Source: Macrostomum hystrix (taxonomy: Eukaryota; Animalia; Platyhelminthes). Taken from it: a stretch of DNA of 64,000 bases. The stretch covers positions 2,542,001-2,606,000 of the forward strand of contig CATNEN010000032.1 of assembly GCA_950097015.1 (NCBI GenBank), in the 5' to 3' direction. A program made the position numbers and the translations under genes. Every line of letters begins with the position of its first letter. Position 1 is the stretch's first letter. Of this stretch, positions 1 through 10,700 are shown piece after piece. The notes below the pieces were generated by a model that was given only the letters and a program-made list of their open reading frames with translations, did no database searches and was not told the origin of the DNA.

Positions 1-769
1 CTCACAAAATAATATCCCAATCGCGCCCTCACACAAGCAGAGGCGGATGCCAGCGCGAGTGTCACCTTTGTCTGCTTGCCTCAACACGCCAGCAACTGGA
101 CATTGCGTGCCACTGCAGACAGACAGACAGACTTTCAGACAGAATATCCGCACCGAACCAGTCCTGTCTTTCCTGTCGACTCGTCTTCTCGAGTGTAATG
201 AGATCAAGGCACCCGAAATGTCACCATTAGTTATAGTTATATGCTAGCCCAAAATTAACAACTTACTTTACAGTGCAACATGTAATGCGAGACCTAGGAG
301 TGGCCTTAGGAAAATCCAGGGACTCACTTGAGTAGCATCACCAACCAGACCGGGGGGGGAGGTCCATCGAATTCACGCGACACGCAAGACTGTCTTCTCT
401 CTGATCGAAATAAAGAAACTCGTACCTAACTATACACCTGTCTAACTAGGGTGGATCACCATGCACAGACACTTGTTTTCTGCTGTTCGCGAGTAATATG
501 GAATTGGTATCAATACCTCTCGAATAAGATAGCAATATTGTTGTGGGACTCGTCCACTTAAGGTCAACTGGATAGCGAAATGCATTTTTTCTGCTCAACG
601 ACTTCCTGAGCTAATCTGCCCTTGTGTCGACCTTAAAAGCAGTTTTTTTCAGCGATATTCTACATTGATATTGCAACGAGTTTTTTTAAACTTACTTCCT
701 TTTCGAGATCAAAATTTTACTGAGGTTCCAACTAGCCTAAATCCCGTTTCGTTGACCTAAATCAATTAG

Positions 770-1580
770 TGTTCTAGATCCCGAACTCGATATCGAATTT
801 TCAGTTTAAGATCCCGAATCCCATTTTTAGATCCCAGTTTCAGATACCGTATCCCAGTTTGAAATCACAAGTACCCATTTTTAGATCCCAAATCGCAATT
901 TTAGATACTGAATCCCATTCTTAGATCCCTAATCCCCATTTGTAGATCCCAAATCGCAATTTTAGATACTGAATCCCATTTTTAGATCCCGAATCCCATT
1001 TTTAGATCACTACTCTCCATTTTTAGATCCCGAATACCATTTGCAGATCCCTAATCTCCATTTTTAGATCCCGAATCCCATTTGTAGATCCCAAATCGCA
1101 ATTTTAGATACTGAATCCCATTTTTAGATCCCGAATCCCATTTTTAGATCCCTAATCCCCATTTGTAGATCCCAAATCGCAATTTTAGATACTGAATCCC
1201 ATTTTTAGATCCCGAATCCCATTTTTAGATCACTAATCTCCATTTTTAGATCCCGAATACCATTTGCAGATCCCTAATCTCCATTTTTAGATCCCGAATC
1301 CCATTTGTAGATCCCGAATCCCATTTGTAGATCCCGAATACCATTTGCAGATCCCTAATCTCCATTTTTATATCCCGAAACCCATTTTTTAAATAAAAAA
1401 TCCGATTTGTAGATTACGAATCTTATTTGTAGATCCTAAATCCCATTTGTAGATCCCGAATCCCTTTTGTAGATCCCGAATCCCATTTGTAGATCCCGAA
1501 TCCCATTTGTAGATCCCGAATCCCATTTGTAGATCCCGAATCCCATTTGTAGATCCCGAATCCCAGATCAAAATCACGAA
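770..1580. repeat. ~20-bp minisatellite (TAGATCCCGAATCCCATTTG)
   Basis: Direct tandem units, more degenerate at the left end. Confidence 0.9.
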
Positions 1581-1691
1581 TCCCTAGTTTTGGATCCCCA
1601 AGTCTCAAGTTCCATAACTTTACTTTGCGTGAGAACCGAGAAAACACGAGGTGACTAAAGCCTCGAGTGAGCGACTTAATATTTGGTGATG

Positions 1692-1860
1692 TACAGAGAG
1701 TGTACACCAGAGAGTGTACACCAGAGAGTGTACACCAGAGAGTGTACACCAGAGAGTGTACACCAGAGAGTGTACACCAGAGAGTGTACACCAGAGAGTG
1801 TACACCAGAGAGTGTACACCAGAGAGTGTACACCAGAGAGTGTACACCAGAGAGTGTACA
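1692..1860. repeat. 14-bp minisatellite (CAGAGAGTGTACAC), ~12 near-perfect units
   Basis: Directly visible; the unit contains the palindrome GTGTACAC. Confidence 0.95.
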
Positions 1861-2440
1861 TCGCATTGCACAATTTACGAAGCTAACTTACGACGCGATG
1901 CGATAGTCAATCACCTTACACCTTACACCACAAGTTCCTATTAATGTTCCCCAGTGAAATCACACTTTTCTATGAAACGTTATTGTTTTGAAAATAAATG
2001 TTTCAAAAAGTACAAGTAAACGAAATATGTCTATATCACTGGAGGATAATATACAAGTATAATCAAATGGAAACAAGCATACACAGAAAAACAACAGCAG
2101 CAGCAGCACGTGCTCTTAAAAATCTACCAGAGATTTACCAGATCTAGCAGACGTATCAGATGTAGCTATCAAACAGAAGTTAAATGGAATGGAATTTATT
2201 TAGCTCTAATCTATACCAACTGTTACTAATAGTGATGACGGGCTGACACCAATGCGACAAACTGCAGGGACAGATTGATATTGATAGCACAATTGTAACC
2301 AGACAACAAACAGGACGGAAACCGTTGATCAACCGTTGATCGGCGAATTTGAGTCTGGAACCCAGTGTTAAATCCCAAATTCGGGGCAAAACCCGTGCCG
2401 TTAGGAGCGGTTGGGAGAATTTAGAAACAATCTAGGACAT

Positions 2441-2840
2441 GGGAAGGAAGGGAGGAAGGAAGGAAGGAAGGAAGGAAGGAAGGAAGGAAGGAAGGAAGGA
2501 AGGAAGGAAGGAAGGAAAGAAGGAAGGAAGGAAGGAAGGAAAGGAAGGAAGGAAGGAAGGAAGGAAGGAAGGAAGGAAGGAAGGAAGGAAGGAAGGGAGG
2601 AAGGAAGGAAGGAAGGAAGGAAGGGAGGAAGGAAGGAAGGAAGGAAGGGAGGAAGGGAGGAAGGGAGGAAGGAAGGAAGGAAGGAAGGAAGGAAGGAAGG
2701 AAGGAAGGAAGGAAGGAAGGAAGGAAGGAAGGAAGGAAGGAAGGAAGGAAGGAAGGAAGGAAAGGAAGGAAGGAAGGAAGGAAGGAAGGAAGGAAGGAAG
2801 GAAGGAAGGAAGGAAGGAAGGAAGGAAGGAATGAAGGAAG
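2441..2840. repeat. (GGAA)n microsatellite
   Basis: About 100 units; the overlapping ORFs are artefacts. Confidence 0.98.
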
Positions 2841-2895
2841 GCTGCATCACCAAGCGCTCAGCATTTAGCAATTTAGCAATTTAGCAATCCCATAC

Positions 2896-3039
2896 AAGTT
2901 CCGGGGACAATGATGATTGCGGGTGGTGCAAAAAGCAGAAGAATGGGAATTAGCCGCTGCAGAATCGTGAGAAAATAGGCTTTGAACTCGGCCGTTCTGT
3001 TGATATGGTCGGCAATTGCCTGCAATTGTCGGATAGCTG
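2896..3039 (-). CDS. Candidate coding exon with BH3-like motif and hydrophobic tail
   Basis: AT-rich tract followed by aatcag|CAG acceptor and ACT T|gtatgg donor; 144 nt, phase 1-1. Translates as AIRQLQAIADHINRTAEFKAYFLTILQRLIPILLLFAPPAIIIVPGT. Confidence 0.45.
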
Positions 3040-3759
3040 CTGATTGAGAATGACAATTAAAAATAATAAAATCACGGCACAGGTCTTCTCTGCAATTCGC
3101 TCTGTGGGTGGGGCGTCAAAGGCCGTTTTCAAAGGCCGTGTGGCGGACTAACTAAAAAGGAAGAAATCATTTAGCAAAAGGAAAAACACAGGGAGAAAAC
3201 GCGGAAAGGCAAAGATTTGGATTGAGATTCGGATTTCAAACCAAGCCCGTCGATTGGAGAAACAACCAGTCTTCTTCCTCTTCTTCTCTTTTAGGGCCTT
3301 TGCAGAATCACGTGAATCGAAGTCCAACAACAGCAAGCAGGGACGGCCAGGCAGAGCCAGACAGCCAGGAAGGGTTGGCCAAAGGTTTCTGGGTCTGTAA
3401 ACAAACAGCTTATTGAATAGCTGCATGGGCCGGATCTGTTTCTAAGAAAATTTTCCGGCTGACTCATTCTTAGAAGCTGCGGCAATCGAATGAGAACTCG
3501 GCTCTGAAGACTGTGACTGTCAGGGCCTAAACCGAATGCCGTCTGCAGTTCGAGCTTTTGTCAGCAGACCGCCATCAACTGCATGCTTAGAGCTGAAATC
3601 GCTGGGCTTTGACCGAATGCAATGAAATATGCCACACGCAGCGCCCAAACTGACGAAAAATGTCAGTTAAAAGCTGGATGCAGAATTCCCACTCAAGCGA
3701 CAACAACAGCTGTGAGATAAACGGGAAAATATTGCTATAAGAAAGTGAGATAAACTGGG

Positions 3760-4915
3760 AGAGACAGATATTAAGGTGGGAGATAAAAGGTGAGAGAGAG
3801 ACAAAGGTGGGATAAACTGAGAGAGACAGAGATGAAAGGTGGGATAAACAGGGAGAGACAGAGATGAAAGGTGGGATAAACAGGGAGAGAGATGAAAGGT
3901 GGGATAAACAGGGAGAGACAGAGATGAAAGGTGGGATAAACAGGAAGAGAGATGAAAGGTGGGATAAACAGGGAGAGACAGAGATGAAAGGTGGGATAAA
4001 CAGGGAGAGACAGAGATGAAAGGTGGGATAAACAGGGAGAGACAGAGATGAAGGGTGGGATAAACAGGAAGAGAGATGAAAGGTGGGATAAACAGGAAGA
4101 GAGATGAAAGGTGGGATAAACAGGGAGAGACAGAGATGAAAGGTGGGATAAACAGGAAGAGAGATGAAAGGTGGGATAAACAGGAAGAGACAGAGATGAA
4201 GGGTGGGATAAACAGGGAGAGACAGAGATGAAAGGTGGGATAAACAGGAAGAGAGATGAAAGGTGGGATAAACAGGGAGAGACAGAGATGAAAGGTGGGA
4301 TAAACAGGGAGAGACAGAGATGAAAGGTGGGATAAACAGGGAGAGACAGAGATGAAGGGTGGGATAAACAGGAAGAGAGATGAAAGGTGGGATAAACAGG
4401 GAGAGTCAGAGATGAAAGGTGGGATAAACAGGAAGAGACAGAGATGAAAGGTGGGATAAACAGGGAGAGACAGAGATGAAAGGTGGGATAAACAGGGAGA
4501 GACAGAGATGAAAGGTGGGATAAACAGGGAGAGTCAGAGATGAAAGGTGGGATAAACAGGAAGAGACAGAGATGAAAGGTGGGATAAACAGGGAGAGTCA
4601 GAGATGAAAGGTGGGATAAACAGGAAGAGACAGAGATGAAAGGTGGGATAAACAGGGAGAGTCAGAGATGAAAGGTGGGATAAACAGGGAGAGACAGAGA
4701 TGAAAGGTGCGATAAACAGGGAGAGACAGAGATGAAAGGTGGGATAAACAGGAAGAGACAGAGATGAAAGGTGGGATAAACAGGGAGAGACAGAGATGAA
4801 AGGTGGGATAAACAGGGAGAGACAGAGATGAAAGGTGGGATAAACAGGGAGAGACAGAGATGAAAGGTGAGATAAACAGGGAGAGACAGAGATGAAAGGT
4901 GGGATAATCGGGGAG
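3760..4915. repeat. 32/28-bp purine-rich minisatellite (GATGAAAGGTGGGATAAACAGGGAGAGACAGA)
   Basis: Direct tandem units. Confidence 0.95.
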
Positions 4916-5414
4916 ACACAGTTATGCCGTATGCGTAACGGGCCAAGTGTACATGGGTAATACTGTAGCGAGCAATTCAGGCCAACATCCATCTCGTTTT
5001 GCCATGTGCCAGGCGCCACCCATTGCGCAGCTCGGTGACTATCTACTACGCCTCCTACAGATCAAGGTGCAATTGCTTTAAGTACAGTCTAATAAACGTA
5101 AGCGCAAAGCTGAATAATGCACCGATGCAATTGCGAAGACAGGGTCTGCGGATCACGTGAATTTCGACATTAAAAGCTGGTTTCAAAACTATCGCCCTTA
5201 TTGAAACTCCAAAGTTCTTGGACTTCGGAATCAGACTTCAAGTTGAACTCTCATTTCATAAGTTTGTGCCTTGACAATTTCATTAGAAAATATAACAAAC
5301 ATGACTAGTTTGCCAAGTTTAATTTACTTCAGCAATGACAGCTATGCTTTGCGACCTTTTTCTGGCCTAAAAGTACATGCAATTCGCTGCGATTAAAACC
5401 CTGCCCTGTTCATC

Positions 5415-6760
5415 CTTTCACTGTCTCTATGACTTGTCCACTGACTCTATGAGTTGTCTCCCGGATCTATGACTTGTCCACTGACTCTATGACTTTTCCA
5501 CTGACTCTATGACTTGTTCACTGTCTCTATGACTTGTCCACTGACTCTATGAGTTGTCCACTGGATCTATGACTTGTCCACTGGATCTATGACTTGTCCA
5601 CTGGCTCTATGAGTTGTCCACTGGATCTATGACTTGTCCACTGGATCTATGACTTGTCCACTGGCTCTATGACTTGTCCACTGACTCTATGACTCAATGA
5701 CTTCCTTCACTGACTGTGTGACTTTCTTCACTGACAGTGTGAATTCCTTCACTGACTGCCTGAATCCTTTACTGACTCTTAGACTTGTCCACTGACTCTA
5801 TGAGTTGTCCACTGGATCTATGACTTGTCTACTGGATCTATGACATGTCCACTGGCTCTATGACTTGTCCACTGACTCTATGACTTGTCCACTGTCTCTA
5901 TGACTTGTCCACTGACTCTATGACTTGTCTACTGTCTCTATGACTTGTCCACTGACTCTATGACTTGTCCACTGAATCTATGACTTGTCCACTGGATCAA
6001 TGACTTGTCCACTGAATCTATGACTTGTCCACTGGATCTATGACTTGTCCACTGAATCTATGACTTGTCCACTGGCTCTATGACTTGTCCACTGTCTCTA
6101 AGACTCAATGACTTCCTTCACTGACTGCGTGAATCCTTTACTGACTCTTAGACTTGTCCACTGACTCTTAGAATTGTCCACTGACTCTATGAGCTGTCCA
6201 CTGGATCTATGACTTGTCCACTGGATCCATGACTTGTCTACTGGATCTATGATATGTCCACTGGCTCTATGACTTGTCCACTGACTCTATGACTTGTCCA
6301 CTGTCTCTATGACTTGTCCACTGACTCTATGACTTGTCTACTGTCTCTATGACTTGTCCACTGACTCTATGACTTGTCCACTGAATCTATGACTTGTCCA
6401 CTGGATCTATGACTTGTCCACTGAATCTATGACTTGTCCACTGACTCTATGACTTGTCCACTGTCTCTAAGACTCAATGACTTCCTTCACTGACTGCGTG
6501 AATCCTTTACTGACTCTTAGACTTGTCCACTGACTCTTAGAATTGTCCACTGACTCTATGAGCTGTCCACTGGATCTATGACTTGTCCACTGGATCCATG
6601 ACTTGTCTACTGGATCTATGATATGTCCACTGGCTCTATGACTTGTCCACTGACTCTATGACTTGTCCACTGTCTCTATGACTTGTCCACTGACTCTATG
6701 ACTTGTCCACTGACTCTATGAGTTGTCCACTGACTCTATGACTTGTCCATATACTCTATA
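5415..6760. repeat. 20-bp minisatellite (CTCTATGACTTGTCCACTGA) with ~360-bp higher-order blocks
   Basis: The variant block gactcaatgacttccttcactgactg recurs at ~5690, 6102 and 6471. Confidence 0.93.
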
Positions 6761-7199
6761 CAATTTTTTTCTGACTCTGTGATTTCCCATTAATTGACTC
6801 GATGACTTGTCTGGCTCTGATTGATTATTGATTATATTATAATATTAAAAACAAAGGAAAAACAAATCAAACATAAGGGGAGACGATTTGCATTGAGCTG
6901 CTGGGCAGTCAAAACGACCGCGCGCAAGAATGCATACCCAGTGATCGATCAGCCAAATTTTTTTGGCCAATATATTCTTCATTTAATATCTGCCTTTTAA
7001 CTAGAATTAAGAAGGAATTGTGTTATCGCATCAGTTTTGACAGGCTCAAAGTTCAGACGTCATTAATTTTAGAGAAATTAGTTAAGGTGTCCTTCATGTT
7101 ACATAATTTTTTTATGATTTGGTCTTCATGTTTCTAAGAATATTTCTAAGAAATCCTTTGTGTTTAAAAAAAGAACTTTTGGCTTACGGTTTCTTAGAA

Positions 7200-7680
7200 A
7201 AAACTATAGTTATGCTATCTAAGAAATCATTTAGCAAGATTTCTAAGAAATCCTTCAGGCATGACTTTTATGAAATCCTTCAGGTATGGATTCTAAGAAA
7301 GCCTTCAGGTATGTCTTCTAAGAAAACCTCCAGAAATGGCTTCTAAGAAAACCTTCAGGACTGGCTTCTAAGAAATCCTTCAGGCATGACTTTTATGAAA
7401 TCCTTCAGGTATGGATTCTAAGAAAGCCTTTAGGTATGGCTTCTAAGAAAACCTTCAGGACTGGCTTCTAAGAAATCCTTCAGGCATAGCTTCTAAGAAA
7501 ACCTCCAGAAACGGCTTCTAAGAAATCCTTTAGGTATGGCTTCTATGAAATCCTTCAGGTATGGCTTCTATGAAATCCTTCAGGTATAGCGTCAAAGAAA
7601 GCCTTCAGGTATGGCTTCTTATAAATTCTCCGGGTTTGGTTTCCAAGAAATGTTTACAATTTCTACGAAATCCTTTAGGA
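7200..7680. repeat. Degenerate ~25-bp minisatellite (GGCTTCTAAGAAATCCTTCAGGTAT)
   Basis: Tandem units immediately downstream of the FOXRED1 stop. Confidence 0.85.
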
Positions 7681-7768
7681 ATTCTTCAGTTTCAAGAGAC
7701 TTCTCAGGCCGTGGGCCATGAGAGTTGACATTCCTTCAGCAAGTGTCCAAAAGCTATCCTAATCGCAG

Positions 7769-10700
7769 TCAGATAATGCCAGTCTCCCGGATTGGCTGCA
7801 TGGTCTCGAGCCGTTCAAAGCCCATCCGGCTGAGGTCGATGGTCTTGTACCGCCTGAACAGAACCAGCTCGGAGACGGCCCTGCCGATGGCCACGGCGTG
7901 TTGAATGCCGTGACCGGAGGAGCCGTTGCAGAAGATCATATTGTCGTGATACGGATGCCGGCCGATCACCAGGTTCTGGTCGAAGGTGTTGTAATCGTAG
8001 AATCCGGCCCAGGCGTTGCGCACCTTCACGGCCTCCATGCAGGGCACGCGGTGGGCCAGGCGGGGCCACACCTCCTTGTCGAACCAGTCGTAGTCGGGCT
8101 CCAGGTCAACCCCATTACACTCGGGCTCTTCCTGTTGGAGGTGAGATTCAATGAAAGTGTGAGATTCAATGAGGAGGTGAGATTAGGTAAGAACGAGAGA
8201 TTAGTTGCGGAAGTGAGATTAGACACGGAGGTGAGATTAGATGCGTAAGTGAGATTAGATGCGGGGGTGAGATTATATACGGAGGTGAGATTAAATGCGG
8301 AGGTGAGATTAGATGAGAAGGTGAGATTAGATGAGGATGGAGGGGGTTGGGAAGGTGAGATTAGATGAGGACGTGGGTGGGTGAGAAGGTGAGATTATTT
8401 GAGGATGGAGGTGCGTGGGAAGGTGAGATTAGATGAGGATGGAGGGAAGGTGAGATTAGATGAGGATTGAGGCGGGTGGGAAGGTGAGATTAGATGAGGA
8501 CGGAGGTGGGTGGGAAGGTGAGATTAGATGAGGACGGAGGTGGGCGGGAAGGTGAGATTATATGAGGATGGAGATGGGTGGGAAGGTGAGATTAGATGAG
8601 GACGGAGGTGGGTGGGAAGGTGAGATTAGATGAGGATGGAGGTGGGTGGGAAGGTGAGATAAGATGAGGACGGAGGTGGGTGGGAAGGTGAGATTAGATG
8701 AGGACGGAGGTGGGTGGGAAGGTGAGATTATATGAGGATGGAGGTGGGTGGGAAGGTGAGATTATATGAGGATGGAGGTGGGTGGGAAGGTGAGATCAAA
8801 TCAAAATGTAAGCTAAGGGTCAGAGAGGATAGACCGTAGTTTACAGAAGTACAATAAGAGAATAGTTAAAGATATGGACAAAAGGGCATAACTTTAAAGC
8901 ACATTCTTCAAGCGCCAAAAAAAATGATTTTACTTCGTGATTGCGTCCAAAAACGGTTAATCAGCAACGGGGCAAGTATCCTAGCAGCCAAAAATAAAAA
9001 ATGAGTGATTTAGAACAATCGTTATTTTTTCGTCTAGACGCAAAGCATCGACCAATTAAATTCGTTCCACTAAATACTTAATTGCCAGCCCACCTAGCCA
9101 AATTTTGAGTGAGAGAGGAAAACTGACTGCAAAAGAACACATGGACCAATTTTCAGTAGTCGTGTATTTAATTGGAAGGAAACAGATTTCCTGATAGTTT
9201 ACAGCCGAATTGCCTGCTTTGTCCCACCTTTCTAGTCTATTTTTCTATCAATCAAAGTAAAACAATAAGCATAACACTCTACTGACAACTTCTAAGTAGT
9301 AGGATGTTCAGCAAATCGCACTTTAAATTTCCCGGGAGACTTCGAAAACAGGGAGAAAATATTAGCGAGACTGTTAGGACAGCTTGAATTGAAGGCAAAT
9401 GAAATTCTAGAAACACCTCTCTAGAACCTGCAGATCTTCGCTCACCATTCGGTGGCAGAGCGATTAACGTGTTTGTCTCTCGCGCCATGGTCCCTAAGTT
9501 CCAGACGCAGCCGCGGAGAGAAGGCTTGGGGGCTTGTCGTGCAATTTACGCCATTGAGGGCCAACCTCCAAGGCACAGAGAAGTGTACTCTGCCTGACGA
9601 TGAGAAATTCAGGGCAGATGTACACAGCTGTGTGAGCGTGTGCCTGTGTAAACTATCTGTATGCGTGTATGTGCCCAGCAGTGACCAAATTATATCCCAT
9701 AGCCCAGAAGCCCTCCTAAAATTATTATTAAAAAAAAGTACTAAAAAATTGGAAGACTGGTTGAGATTCCTAGAAAAGCTAAATCCTAGCATGTTCTCTC
9801 ACCTATCAAAATTTTTCTAGACACTACTAAAACAGTCTGATAAGTAGCTATGTAGCGAAAGTTTGCCTGAATTTGGTGTCGGCTGTTCATAAGCAACCGC
9901 AGTGATTTTTTGTACCAATGATGCTGCTTCAGTCTGCTGTTGCTGCGGCAGCGGCAGCGGTGGAGGCGGATTCACGTAGGCAACGAAATCGCCTTGAAAT
10001 CCGTCCCGACGCAGGTGCAGGCCGGTGCCGATCTCGTGAATAAACGGCGCGTCAATGCCGGGCGCGGCCGCCGCCGCCTTGGACTTCTTGGCCGCGTGGG
10101 GCGGCAGGCTGACGACAAAGACTGATTGGCGCCTACAATTTGTGAGCAAAGTCTGCGTGGGATGCTGCGAGGCCGGGATGCTGTAGGATCAGTTTAGGAT
10201 CAGGATCTAGATCCCAGATTCTGGGAATACTGTATAGGGATTGTGGATCAGGATTTAGATTCCAGATTCTGGGAATACTGTACAGGGATTTTGGATCAGG
10301 ATCTAGATCCCAGATTCTGGGAATACTGTATAGGGATTGTGGATCAGGATTTAGATTCCAGATTCTGGGAATACTGTACAGGGATTTTGGACCAGGATCT
10401 AGATCCCAGATTCTGGGAATACTGTACAGGGATTTTGGATCAGGATCTAGATCCCAGATTCTGGGAATACTGTATAGGGATTTTGGACCAGGATCTAGAT
10501 CCCAGATTCTGGGAATACTGTACAGGGATTTTGGATCAGGATCTAGATCCCAGATTCTGGGAATACTGTATAGGGATTGTGGATCAGGATTTAGATTTCA
10601 GATTCTGGAAATGCTGTATAGGAATTTAGGATCAGGGTCTAGATCCCAGATTCTGGGAATACTGTATAGGGATTGTGGATCAGGATTTAGATTTCAGATT

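Noticed and set aside
281-436. Possible short solo LTR (TGTAA...AATAAA...TACA)
   Set aside because: There is no matching target-site duplication, second copy, PBS or PPT.
4921-5066. Plus-strand exon-like frame YAVCVTGQVYMGNTVASNSGQHPSRFAMCQAPPIAQL
   Set aside because: No recognisable homology or partner exons, and it cannot be distinguished from the minus-strand alternative.
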